Virus record (IMG/VR): IMGVR_UViG_3300036861_000275
Coordinates: 28,313-92,312 of that record
DNA from: a virus
DNA: 64,000 nt
Reading direction: 5' to 3' (one strand)
Numbering within the stretch: position 1 is the first letter of the stretch; every line of letters begins with the position of its first letter. Below the pieces are notes generated by a model. That model did not search any database. It was not told where the DNA came from and was given only the letters and a program-made list of their open reading frames with translations. The translations under genes were made by a program, and so were the position numbers. Positions 37,545 through 46,274 of the stretch are shown in pieces.

Positions 37545-38495
37545 TTACTGGCCGCCTACTCGGTCAGGATAGGCTCCGTAAGTCACTATGCCGGAGACTC
37601 TCGACGTAGCGTTTTGTTTATGGACACACAGCGGATTCCCGGCGGTCTGCGTTGAAAGCCATGAAGTTCCCTGGACTGCCCCCACAATCGGCGTCGTGCT
37701 CACATGCCATACGGCGGCCAGGTGAGGCGCTGAGGCTCCCGGCCATACACCTAGCGTGCCGGTCTTGCATCCCGCAGTCGTCCCTTCTACCAAAACTACT
37801 TGTTCGTCCTGCGTCGGCGTGAGGACAATGCCGCAGATGTAGAGTCTCTGACTGTTGCCTGTGTGGGCAACAATGGTCTCCGGGGCCGACGTGACAAAGT
37901 TAGCCTGTGTGTGGCAGTAGAATCCTGTCTTGCTGCTGGCGCCCTGGTGGGAGACCGTCGGACTATACGTGGCTCGCGAAAGTCTGATTCTGGAAACTAC
38001 GCTGCCCGAAGTAAAGTCGGCTATGCGTGTGCGGAATGCTTGGACGCCGTTGATAGGGACCACGTAGACCCCGGCTGCCGTCGCTGTGAGTATCGGAACC
38101 CCGTTATTATCGACAGCTGCCCTGGATACAAAGGTGGAGCCATCATTAGCCGTCTCGAACACGACACCGATGTTGGCCGACATAGCCGTCAACTGCACAA
38201 TCGCGGTGCTGTAACCCTCCAGGTTCGTGATGGTGTTGGCGGCGCCCAAAGAGGAGAGGGTGGAGTTCTGAGCTAGATCACCTACGGCCGCTACGTTCAT
38301 GTGGGTCACGCTGGAAACGTGATTAACGATTTGAACGTGTGCTACCACGGCGAGCGGCGTGGCGCCTGAGCTAATGCTAGAGACCGAGAGCACATTGACC
38401 CAGTCTACGGTCCTGGTAACTGTCGCCGCGCCCATCAGTAGAATGGCCGCCAGAGCGACGGCAAAGACCTTTTCGCGCCTCGTCCATGCCTTCAT
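37545..38495 (-). CDS. signal-peptide-bearing beta-rich protein (paralog of 36349..37533)
   Basis: MKAWTRREKVFAVALAAILLMGA; same C-terminal CHT/IC/LVEGT/TAGN..C/RVSG domain. Confidence 0.75.
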   Translation of the reverse strand: MKAWTRREKVFAVALAAILLMGAATVTRTVDWVNVLSVSSISSGATPLAVVAHVQIVNHVSSVTHMNVAAVGDLAQNSTLSSLGAANTITNLEGYSTAIVQLTAMSANIGVVFETANDGSTFVSRAAVDNNGVPILTATAAGVYVVPINGVQAFRTRIADFTSGSVVSRIRLSRATYSPTVSHQGASSKTGFYCHTQANFVTSAPETIVAHTGNSQRLYICGIVLTPTQDEQVVLVEGTTAGCKTGTLGVWPGASAPHLAAVWHVSTTPIVGAVQGTSWLSTQTAGNPLCVHKQNATSRVSGIVTYGAYPDRVGGQ

Positions 38496-38839
38496 TAGCG
38501 CGTCTCCTCGAGAATCTGGAGTTGTACGGTGCCAGGAGCTCGGCAATCGAGACTGCCGACGTAACTATCTAGTGACAGCGTAGACCCAGCATGGAGCGTG
38601 AACGGTTGAGACTCGCCCCTACTGCTGTTCCATAACACCACATGGGTCGTGCCGACGTTCTCGACGCTGATGGAGACACGCTCGGCGTTGTGCGAAAACA
38701 CGTTCACCGGATTGGCCAACAGACAGTTGACGTTCGAGGTGCTGATATTCCGGCCCTTCTGGAGCGTAGGTTGCGCAGCGCCCTGGGCCGTCCACACCAC
38801 CAAGCCAATGACCAGTAATGCCGCCAGAATGCGCTTCAT
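38495..38839 (-). CDS. small signal-peptide-bearing beta-rich protein
   Basis: MKRILAALLVIGLVVWTAQGAAQP; two Cys. Confidence 0.7.
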   Translation of the reverse strand: MKRILAALLVIGLVVWTAQGAAQPTLQKGRNISTSNVNCLLANPVNVFSHNAERVSISVENVGTTHVVLWNSSRGESQPFTLHAGSTLSLDSYVGSLDCRAPGTVQLQILEETR

Positions 38840-39339
38840 GGGGCCACCTTAGCCAAAGCAAGGCCGAACCGCGTGATTCCGCTCATGTCAGTCTCCACTT
38901 CTGGGTAGGACACCCCGATCAGCATCAGTCTGACAGCTCCGTGAGCCATGTTGTATGCTCGCCCGATACTGGCCTGCGTTTCTCCAGAGGCGTGCCTACG
39001 CCGCGCCTCTTTGATCTCTACGTCCGTAAGTTTGTTCGTGCCGCGACGTCTGATAGCCGCATCGCGCATGTTGTCGGCCTGTGTTCCCCTAACTAGATGA
39101 TTAGGGCTGAAACACAACGGTCTATCGCAGGTGTGACGCACATTGGGGCCTTTGCCTGGTAAACCTATGGCATCCGCCATCACGCGATGCACGAGTCCTG
39201 TCTTGTCATGGCCAAGACCGATACGACCGTATCCCTGCTTACTCTTGAATCCAGTGAACAACCAACACCCGGTCGCCGGATCAAAGACCATCTTACTGAG
39301 TAGCCGATCCATGACCGGCGCCGGTTTTGGTCCTCTCAT
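38836..39339 (-). CDS. HNH homing endonuclease
   Basis: GCWLFTG...GYG...HRV...RHTCDRPLCFSPNHL..GT..DN..D plus C-terminal HTH. Confidence 0.9.
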   Translation of the reverse strand: MRGPKPAPVMDRLLSKMVFDPATGCWLFTGFKSKQGYGRIGLGHDKTGLVHRVMADAIGLPGKGPNVRHTCDRPLCFSPNHLVRGTQADNMRDAAIRRRGTNKLTDVEIKEARRRHASGETQASIGRAYNMAHGAVRLMLIGVSYPEVETDMSGITRFGLALAKVAP

Positions 39340-39755
39340 TTCTTGCCGCCGCCAAACCAGGGCGAGTCGGAATTCCAGCCGTAATCGCTTCCCTTGCCGA
39401 TACCCAGCACGTCACCGGCCACGTCACTCTTTTCTTCCGAGGCGAAGTGGTCGCCAGCTGCGACGCCGCCCCACTGAGACAACGCGCCCTCCTGGGTATC
39501 GGGAGACTCCAGGGCCATGTCCTCAGAGTTGTCGTAGTTGGCACCGCCACCCTGCCCAGGGTTCTGCTTGCCGGTGTCCGCCTTGCCCTTGACGTTGAGC
39601 GGCTTGTAGTTGCCGACGCCGCCGAATTCCCCGATGGCTTGGTCCTGTGAGCCTGGCTCGTACGCTGCTCGCTGATCCTTGGCATAATCCTTGACCTGCT
39701 TGGTCATCGGCCCCTCAGCGGGTCCGTTGAGTCCGCCACCCATGCGCTTCGCCAT
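39336..39755 (-). CDS. hypothetical Gly/Asp-rich protein
   Basis: AGGAGG RBS; coupled to next gene. Confidence 0.65.
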   Translation of the reverse strand: MAKRMGGGLNGPAEGPMTKQVKDYAKDQRAAYEPGSQDQAIGEFGGVGNYKPLNVKGKADTGKQNPGQGGGANYDNSEDMALESPDTQEGALSQWGGVAAGDHFASEEKSDVAGDVLGIGKGSDYGWNSDSPWFGGGKK

Positions 39756-39782
39756 TGATTGATCCTCCTAGTTGATGCTACG

Positions 39783-40319
39783 TTACTCTGCGCCGATCGC
39801 GTCGCTCGCCGTGGCCCCGGTCCGGATCGCAGAGAAATCTTCGTCGGCAGCCCGCAACGCCCTGGTGCGACGGATGAAGTATTCGTCCAGAAGGGTCGCG
39901 CTCTTTCCGCCGGCCAGAATCTCGAACTCGTGGTTCCCTTCCGCGTCCTTCGACTTGTGAAACGCCCAGAGATGGTCCGGGTGCTTGACAATACAGAATG
40001 GACGTCCGCGGACCTTGTGATTCGGATGATCCATCGGAATCAACTTCTTCTCCATGAGCCGCCCGCGCAGGTCATGGCTAGAGAAGTCGTAGGGGGTGAA
40101 GCCAGAATCGGCAATCTCTTCGACCGCTCCCCCGTCATCGAATCTAGACACGCTGATAGTGCCCTTGAGCGGCTGTTGACGGTTGCGACGCGAGCCGAGA
40201 TACACCACTCTGGCGTTCACCACGCCGAGCCGGCCCTCGATCAGCCCCGCCCCTACTGTCCGCTCGTCGTCCTTCTGGTCCATCACTTCCTCGACGGTCT
40301 TGTCCGTGATCTTAGGCAT
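39783..40319 (-). CDS. hypothetical protein in head module
   Basis: GAGGAG RBS; TAATG coupling. Confidence 0.7.
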   Translation of the reverse strand: MPKITDKTVEEVMDQKDDERTVGAGLIEGRLGVVNARVVYLGSRRNRQQPLKGTISVSRFDDGGAVEEIADSGFTPYDFSSHDLRGRLMEKKLIPMDHPNHKVRGRPFCIVKHPDHLWAFHKSKDAEGNHEFEILAGGKSATLLDEYFIRRTRALRAADEDFSAIRTGATASDAIGAE

Positions 40320-40681
40320 TACGCGATCTCCTCTTCCCTCCAGGCATATCCTGAAGGCTCTGGGTTAACTGCGTACCGTCTCTCTAGCATGTTCTGAGCG
40401 TGCGTGCCGCGATACAAATGCTCTGGATTACAGCATGGCCGGTTATGGCAGGCGTGCATAATGAAAGGCCCGTCGCCAGGCAGGCCGACTAGATCCGCCA
40501 TCAGGCGGTGAGTGAATATGTGGCGCACTACATTAAGACGCTGAATATCAACTACGCCGTATCCATCACGATCCAGTCTCCCCGTAAACACCCAACAGCT
40601 CCCCTCTACGCGAACACGCGCTACAAGACGTTCGATCGTCCACGGAATTGATGGTCGGCCCATCGGCTTTCCGGTTCTCAT
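40319..40681 (-). CDS. HNH endonuclease
   Basis: CWVFTG...GYG...HRL...HACHNRPCCNPEHL..GT...N. Confidence 0.88.
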   Translation of the reverse strand: MRTGKPMGRPSIPWTIERLVARVRVEGSCWVFTGRLDRDGYGVVDIQRLNVVRHIFTHRLMADLVGLPGDGPFIMHACHNRPCCNPEHLYRGTHAQNMLERRYAVNPEPSGYAWREEEIA

Positions 40682-41988
40682 GCGTGCAACGCTTTCCCAG
40701 CGGCTTTGTGTTGCTGCGCCTTCTCACGCGCGCCACGCGCTCTGCTCTTATCCAGTGACAGCATCCCACTAGCCGACTTGTCGAGCGCGAGCCAAGCCGC
40801 CGCGGAATACTGCAAACGAGCCAGCGAGAAAGCCGCGATGGCAGCTTGCGCTGGTAGATGGAACGTCGGACTACCGAAACTATTCACCACCGCCACAACG
40901 CCGACGGACAGCCAGGCCATGTCCATGGATAGGGGTCGCTTCCACCAGTTACGCCTGACCATCTCATTATTCTTCTGCCAGACAATTCTGGCGGATACTC
41001 CAGCCTGAAGAGCAATCCCCAGCCCTAACACCAGCCCAATCAGGCCGAGCTCGAAAAGCAATTGGTATGGCTCATTGTGGGCCTGTAGCGTCGCAAACGC
41101 CTCGACTTTGCCGGATACGGCGCTCAGTTTCGCGTTGTATTGATCGGCCCAGACTCGCCAGTCGCCAAAGCCTTGACCGATGAGAGGGTACCGGATCAGT
41201 TCAGGCCAGATCGCCTGCCACACTTCTCGGCGTCCAGAGAGTCGCCATTCATGGACTGTCATGACCCAGCTCGCCGCCCCGGTCGCTAGACCAATCACGA
41301 AGTACCTCGTCTTACGCCCGAGATCGGGCCAGATGGCCACAATGATGCCGGCGAAGGCCGACAGAACAGGCCCAGCTGAATGAGAGACCACGATAGGGAT
41401 CAGGATGGCTACCGCGGCCAGCGGGCCAAGAAGGGCCCACATTATCGGAAGCGTCAGGGCCATGATCGAGCCCCAGTAGTTAGGATGTGTCAGGAGCCCC
41501 ATCGCGCGCCCTGTTTGATCCGGCAGAACCCAAGCCATCCACGGATAGATATGGAATAGATTGAGGTAGCCGAGGACCAGCTCGAAACCGACACCAGCGG
41601 CCAGGACCCAGCAGAAGAGACGAGTTCGTGGGATGTCCATGTCCCGCGCAACGGCGTACAGGTAACTCACCAGAAGCGTCAGCAACAGAAGTTGTACCGA
41701 CCGGATTTGAAAGCTATTGATGCCCGCACGGACAACTGCCCATGCGATCAGAGCCGCCAGAGGGATCGAAGCCTTCGCCACCCGAAATATCAGGGCAGCT
41801 GCCCCGGTCAGGACGAGCCACAGAATCGGGATAGCCCGCTCCAGAAGCGGTGTCTGGCCCATCGGGAATGGAGAGATGGCGGTATAACCTATGACCGGGA
41901 CCAACAGCAGGAAACCGAGCGGCAACCATAGCCAAGACATTACGTCCTCAGCCTTGCGCCACTCGAAGGACCGCGGACTCAGATTCAT
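40678..41988 (-). CDS. O-antigen ligase / O-oligosaccharyltransferase family (Wzy_C) polytopic membrane protein
   Basis: About 10-12 hydrophobic segments; G.LTHPN, SGR..VW, PLIGQGFG, AHNEPYQLLFELGLIG, SPTFH. Confidence 0.85.
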   Translation of the reverse strand: MNLSPRSFEWRKAEDVMSWLWLPLGFLLLVPVIGYTAISPFPMGQTPLLERAIPILWLVLTGAAALIFRVAKASIPLAALIAWAVVRAGINSFQIRSVQLLLLTLLVSYLYAVARDMDIPRTRLFCWVLAAGVGFELVLGYLNLFHIYPWMAWVLPDQTGRAMGLLTHPNYWGSIMALTLPIMWALLGPLAAVAILIPIVVSHSAGPVLSAFAGIIVAIWPDLGRKTRYFVIGLATGAASWVMTVHEWRLSGRREVWQAIWPELIRYPLIGQGFGDWRVWADQYNAKLSAVSGKVEAFATLQAHNEPYQLLFELGLIGLVLGLGIALQAGVSARIVWQKNNEMVRRNWWKRPLSMDMAWLSVGVVAVVNSFGSPTFHLPAQAAIAAFSLARLQYSAAAWLALDKSASGMLSLDKSRARGAREKAQQHKAAGKALHA

Positions 41989-42044
41989 ACTCTTCCTTTC
42001 TGACTTCCCGCCGGACCTCTTCCGGCGGCTTGTGGTTGTGAAGC

Positions 42045-42078
42045 GACGGCGGCCCCCTCTGATGAGAGAGCCGCCGTC
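42045..42078 (-). terminator. GC-rich hairpin after capsid-associated genes (terminator/attenuator-like, weak U-tract)
   Basis: GACGGCGGC...GCCGCCGTC stem; second hairpin CCGCCGGA-N5-TCCGGCGG at 42008-42028. Confidence 0.5.
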
Positions 42079-42093
42079 ATGTAGCCTAGGCGC

Positions 42094-42972
42094 TTACTGA
42101 CCAGCCGGCGACCTATTGAGTGACGTGTGGAACTTCGACCAGTACACGAACACGTGAGCGTTGATCGGGCTCGCCGTCGAGCCGTTCGAGGTGAACGTGA
42201 CGTCGAGTCCGCTAGCCACGTGGATGAGGTACGGAACCTCGATAGCCACGTGATTTGCGCCCGCTGGACGGTAGATCAAAGCCGCCCCGCGATGCGTGGT
42301 GGAGGCGCTACCGCCGCTGGAGAAGCTGGGCCGGATGAATTCGGCGCCGCCAGTGCCAACGTTGGTCGCAGACCCGGTCAGGTCGATCGGGCCGGCAAGG
42401 GAATTGGAGAAGCCCACCACATGGTTCCCAGTGAAGCCGATGCTCAGGTGGGAGGTCTGTCCCGTGATGGGAGACAGGTTCTGGATGATGATGTCCGTGA
42501 TCAACGCGCCCTGCGGCAGGGAGGTGCCGACACTCTGGTACACAGTGCCGGTGCGCACGTTGACCGCGAACCTGGAGATGTTACGAGCCGCGTCACGCGG
42601 AATGACGATCTTGTGCGTGAAACGATCCAGCTTGCCGACGCTGGTCGAGCCGCCGTAAGCGTACACGCAGTACAGATCGACAGGGTCCGAGATGGTGCTG
42701 TAGAAGTGTAGCCGGCCGTTGGCATCGCTGAACGTTGGGTTGTCCTTGATGCCCTGGAGCGCCACCGTGGCGTGCAACAGAGCGGCGCCGTGCACATTCG
42801 TCCGATAGACCGAACACTGTACGTCGCCGACACCACCGGTGTTCGTCTTGTAGACTCGGCCCTGTTCGTCGACCGTGGTCCACCAGAAGTAAAACGGGGA
42901 CTGCGCTGCCGCGGGCGCCGCGCAGAGGATCAGGGCGGCCAGCGAGGCCGCCAGCCACTTGAGCGTCTTCAT
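42094..42972 (-). CDS. capsid-adjacent (decoration-like) protein with signal peptide
   Basis: Directly after MCP, similar high-GC3 codon usage; MKTLKWLAASLAALILCAAPAAA|QS. Confidence 0.7.
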   Translation of the reverse strand: MKTLKWLAASLAALILCAAPAAAQSPFYFWWTTVDEQGRVYKTNTGGVGDVQCSVYRTNVHGAALLHATVALQGIKDNPTFSDANGRLHFYSTISDPVDLYCVYAYGGSTSVGKLDRFTHKIVIPRDAARNISRFAVNVRTGTVYQSVGTSLPQGALITDIIIQNLSPITGQTSHLSIGFTGNHVVGFSNSLAGPIDLTGSATNVGTGGAEFIRPSFSSGGSASTTHRGAALIYRPAGANHVAIEVPYLIHVASGLDVTFTSNGSTASPINAHVFVYWSKFHTSLNRSPAGQ

Positions 42973-42994
42973 GGTGTATCCCCCTTTCCTCATG

Positions 42995-43975
42995 TTAGGC
43001 ACCCAGGTTGGTGCGGGCCGTGCGAAGCGCGATGACCGCGTGATCTTGGGCATTGAAGACCGATTTCTTAAAGCCCCAGATCGCTCCTATCGCATAGCCA
43101 GGACTGTTACCGTAATCAAACTCCTTCTCCCATGCGAATGGCCGGCGCCCCCACGCGAATAACCCGGACTGCATGCCCAGGAAGTAGTTGGAGGCGTAAG
43201 CTACGGCGCCACCGCCGCCATCAGTCGCGACGGGCACCTTCTCATGCGCATGTACGACAGTTCCGCGCCACATACCGTAGCGGCCGGTGAAAATCTTGTT
43301 CTCGTCGCCGCGGAGCCCGGCATCCCGTTGGGTACCGTGCCACGTGGTGTCCTGCTCCAGGTCGAAAGCCACGTCGGTGTGGATGACCAGGACGAAATAC
43401 GCCTCGCCGTTGATCTTGACGGGCCAGATCTTCGGATCGGCCTTTGCCGCCCGCCCAACACAGCGGTCGATGAGGGCCGGGGTGATTACGTCAGCAGCGG
43501 TCAGTGCGCCCAGGTTGGCGCGGTTACCGCCGAACTGAATCGTGCTGGAGTTGGTGTCTATCTTGCTGAAGATGTCGTCGTCGATGACCTCAGCGAGCCA
43601 CGTCTTCAGGTGGCCCTTGGCCTGGGTCGGCTGGTCGTAGGCGGTACGCTTCATGGACAACTGGCCCTTGAGTCGAACAGCGTTACGGCGCTGGTCGAGG
43701 GTCACGGTGTCCTGAAACGTGTTGAGCAGCTCTTCCGATCCTTCCAGCTGGTTGTCACCAGTCACGCCAGCCCCAGTCAGCTTGCGGCTGAGGGAGTAGT
43801 TGTAGACGTCGCCCGGGAGACCTTCCAGGTCACGCCTAACTTCGATGATGGCGTTTTGGTCATTTTCCTTCATGAAACGGCCCCAGAAAATCTCTCTAGG
43901 CAGTTCGACCCAAAGTCGCTTTGCCCAGAGCTGGACTCGCTCAGCGCTTGCAGTGGTGTATTCCGTCTCGGCCAT
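42995..43975 (-). CDS. major capsid protein (N4-gp56/DUF4043-like)
   Basis: GD......L.G.GVTGD..LEG.EE, L..W, IFTG..GMW.G.V.H, E..DYGN. Confidence 0.88.
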   Translation of the reverse strand: MAETEYTTASAERVQLWAKRLWVELPREIFWGRFMKENDQNAIIEVRRDLEGLPGDVYNYSLSRKLTGAGVTGDNQLEGSEELLNTFQDTVTLDQRRNAVRLKGQLSMKRTAYDQPTQAKGHLKTWLAEVIDDDIFSKIDTNSSTIQFGGNRANLGALTAADVITPALIDRCVGRAAKADPKIWPVKINGEAYFVLVIHTDVAFDLEQDTTWHGTQRDAGLRGDENKIFTGRYGMWRGTVVHAHEKVPVATDGGGGAVAYASNYFLGMQSGLFAWGRRPFAWEKEFDYGNSPGYAIGAIWGFKKSVFNAQDHAVIALRTARTNLGA

Positions 43976-44162
43976 GTTTATTCACCTTTTCAGGTACTTA
44001 CTGCCGAGTTCATAACTAGCGGGTTAATACCCGAAGCGCCGCATTCTTGGGGTGCTGATACGGCGATGGTCCCCTTGCTGCCTGATTTTGCGGTGGCAGC
44101 CAACCGAAGCAGGAACCTTTGCCGCTCGTGTTGCACGGAAAGATTCCCGTGATATTCCATGT

Positions 44163-45266
44163 TCACGCCTTAGGCTTTCCGCGGTCGAACCAGCTCGAGA
44201 TGGCTGGGTTCTTATCCATGAAATCCACGAACTTCTCGGGATTAGTGTCCATCATGCGGTTGAGAGAATCCCAGAATTCAGGCGACTTACCCACCTGCGG
44301 ATTGCTGGCGCCAGCGCTCTGGAAAACACGCACACCGCGCGGTTTAGCGGCAGCATTGACAACCGTCTCCACCACTTCTTTGGCGCCTTCCCGACGGGCA
44401 GCCTCGATCTCGGTCTCGGCCGGCTTCGCCGCTGGCGTTTTGACCACGGCCTCCGGTTTAAGCGGCTCTTCCACTTCTTCTGCCTCCGGTTCCATCGAAG
44501 CGATCTTCGCTCGCGCGATACGTAGGGCGGCCTTGGCTGGATTGGCTGAACCGTAGATTCGCTTGGCAATCACCGGGTCCGCGTAGTTGCCCTGCGTGTC
44601 CCGGGCGATAGCGGTGTAGATGCCGGCCTTCGTGAGAATCTCGGTCAAGTTCTCTCCGGAATCTTCCGATAGATCCTCGGCAAGTTCGCGCTCCTGTTGC
44701 TGGATGCGCCTCTCGTCGAGTTTCTCGACCAGCTTCTCGGTAGCCTTCTGGGCAGCCATGTCGACGGCGTTCAAGACCCCTTCGATGACCTTCGGGTGCA
44801 CACTCTCGCCCCGAGCCTCGGCCTCCACAGCGGCCCGCACGATGTCGTCGGGCTTGCTCTTGTCGACCCTAACCTGGAGTGGCGGTAGAGCTCCCTGCAT
44901 CGACTTCATGCCTACCGTGCGTTCCGATTCGATCTCGGCCCACTTCTCACGGAGACGCTTGTTCTCTGCGCGCAGGTCCTTCGACTTCGCCCGCTCCGCT
45001 GCCAGGGCTTTCCCGGTAGAACCTTTCACCGGTGCCGCAGCGACAGAAGTAGCGACTTCCGGTGCAGCAGTGGTAGCGGTGACTACGGAAGCCTTCTCGG
45101 CTGGCTTGGCGACGACTTTCTTCTCTTCCGGCTTCTCATCGACAGGCGGCTGAATGGAGCGCTCGAACTGTTCAGCGTCCATATCCTCCGGCAACTCGAC
45201 GTCGAAAGCGTCGACTGGCGCGTCGGTCTTGGTAACTTCCTCGGTTGTTTCGACTGCCTTGGGCAT
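44163..45266 (-). CDS. scaffolding protein
   Basis: Acidic, A/E/K-rich, AL.AER.K motif, upstream of MCP; GGAGG RBS. Confidence 0.7.
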   Translation of the reverse strand: MPKAVETTEEVTKTDAPVDAFDVELPEDMDAEQFERSIQPPVDEKPEEKKVVAKPAEKASVVTATTAAPEVATSVAAAPVKGSTGKALAAERAKSKDLRAENKRLREKWAEIESERTVGMKSMQGALPPLQVRVDKSKPDDIVRAAVEAEARGESVHPKVIEGVLNAVDMAAQKATEKLVEKLDERRIQQQERELAEDLSEDSGENLTEILTKAGIYTAIARDTQGNYADPVIAKRIYGSANPAKAALRIARAKIASMEPEAEEVEEPLKPEAVVKTPAAKPAETEIEAARREGAKEVVETVVNAAAKPRGVRVFQSAGASNPQVGKSPEFWDSLNRMMDTNPEKFVDFMDKNPAISSWFDRGKPKA

Positions 45267-45345
45267 ATAGCCCTCCCTCTGGTTTGCTCGCTCAAGTTCG
45301 CGGTGGCGAGCTTCCCGTCTAGCGGAGCTAGCGAGCTTTCCCCGG

Positions 45346-45400
45346 AAAAACAAAAGGCGCCCGGCAGTAGGAAGATCATCCTTCCCACCATCGGACGCCT
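45346..45400 (-). terminator. intrinsic terminator in scaffold leader
   Basis: AGGCGTCCG.TGGTGGGAAG-loop-CTTCCTACTG.CGGGCGCCT followed by TTTGTTTTT. Confidence 0.75.
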
Positions 45401-45444
45401 CTGGCCTGTCCAGCAGGTCGGCCCGGTTTACTACACTTACGTAA

Positions 45445-45474
45445 AGCCTACTACTATTTGTGTCAGTCCGTCAA
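45445..45474 (-). promoter_or_regulatory. sigma70-type promoter
   Basis: TTGACG-N18-TAGGCT. Confidence 0.65.
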
Positions 45475-45482
45475 GATTACTC

Positions 45483-45860
45483 TTACGCCTTATGAAACAT
45501 AGGCACTGCGCCAACAGTCCGGCGGCCTCTCTGGTCCTGGACGGCATCCGCCATGACCAATTCCCGATGCGCCTCGAACGGCGTCAGTACCATCTTCTTC
45601 TGTTCGATCTTCGGCTGTTCCAGTTTCCCGGCCAGGCTTTGCGATAACCTTTCCAGGCCAGCGATCATCATGTTTTCCAGGAACGCATCCCAGGATACGG
45701 TAGGCAATTTCCGATCCTGCTGCGCCTGTGTCAGTCTGGCGTGTCCCTCTCGTAAGATGTCCGCCGTGCGTTTAGCGATCCGGAGAGGGATTTTCTCTTG
45801 TTCTGGCCGGATCGGCGGAAGAGGGCCCGCCGCCAGTCTCTTGATCTTAGCTTGACCCAT
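45483..45860 (-). CDS. hypothetical protein
   Basis: TAATG-coupled start MGQAKIKR. Confidence 0.6.
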   Translation of the reverse strand: MGQAKIKRLAAGPLPPIRPEQEKIPLRIAKRTADILREGHARLTQAQQDRKLPTVSWDAFLENMMIAGLERLSQSLAGKLEQPKIEQKKMVLTPFEAHRELVMADAVQDQRGRRTVGAVPMFHKA

Positions 45861-46267
45861 TACTGTGTCTGCCTCTCTTTGTTTCGGTATGGCCGTAATT
45901 CTGACTCTAACCCGCGCCAGCAACCTCGGCGAACGCAGGCTATAGTATTCCCGTAATCACCATCCCGCTCCACTTGACCGCCGCATACTGGGCACATCCA
46001 TGCCTTCGGCGGAAATATCGTCTCTGACTCCACGATGTCGGCCACCACTCCACAAATCAGGAATACATCAACATACCCGCTGGTTTTGTGCTCGGCCCAA
46101 CACCTCAAAACTTCCGGCAACTCCTTGGAGTTAGTCTCTGATGGCGTAACCGGCATCTGCGCTCGCTCTATGTATTGAACGCGGCCGTACCGGTGTGGCA
46201 TATGGAGACGCCCGGTAAACTTTCTACTCTGAGCATCTTCTATGACACTTGCTATCCAATTCACCAT
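45860..46267 (-). CDS. hypothetical protein with duplicated small domain and Zn ribbon
   Basis: FTGRL...G.V..I / TSGYV...G.V..I repeat, CPVC...C...C. Confidence 0.6.
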   Translation of the reverse strand: MVNWIASVIEDAQSRKFTGRLHMPHRYGRVQYIERAQMPVTPSETNSKELPEVLRCWAEHKTSGYVDVFLICGVVADIVESETIFPPKAWMCPVCGGQVERDGDYGNTIACVRRGCWRGLESELRPYRNKERQTQ

Positions 46268-46274
46268 CTTGATT

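Noticed and set aside
43244-44152. 302-aa plus-strand ORF
   Set aside because: Antisense shadow of the high-GC3 capsid gene; no motifs.
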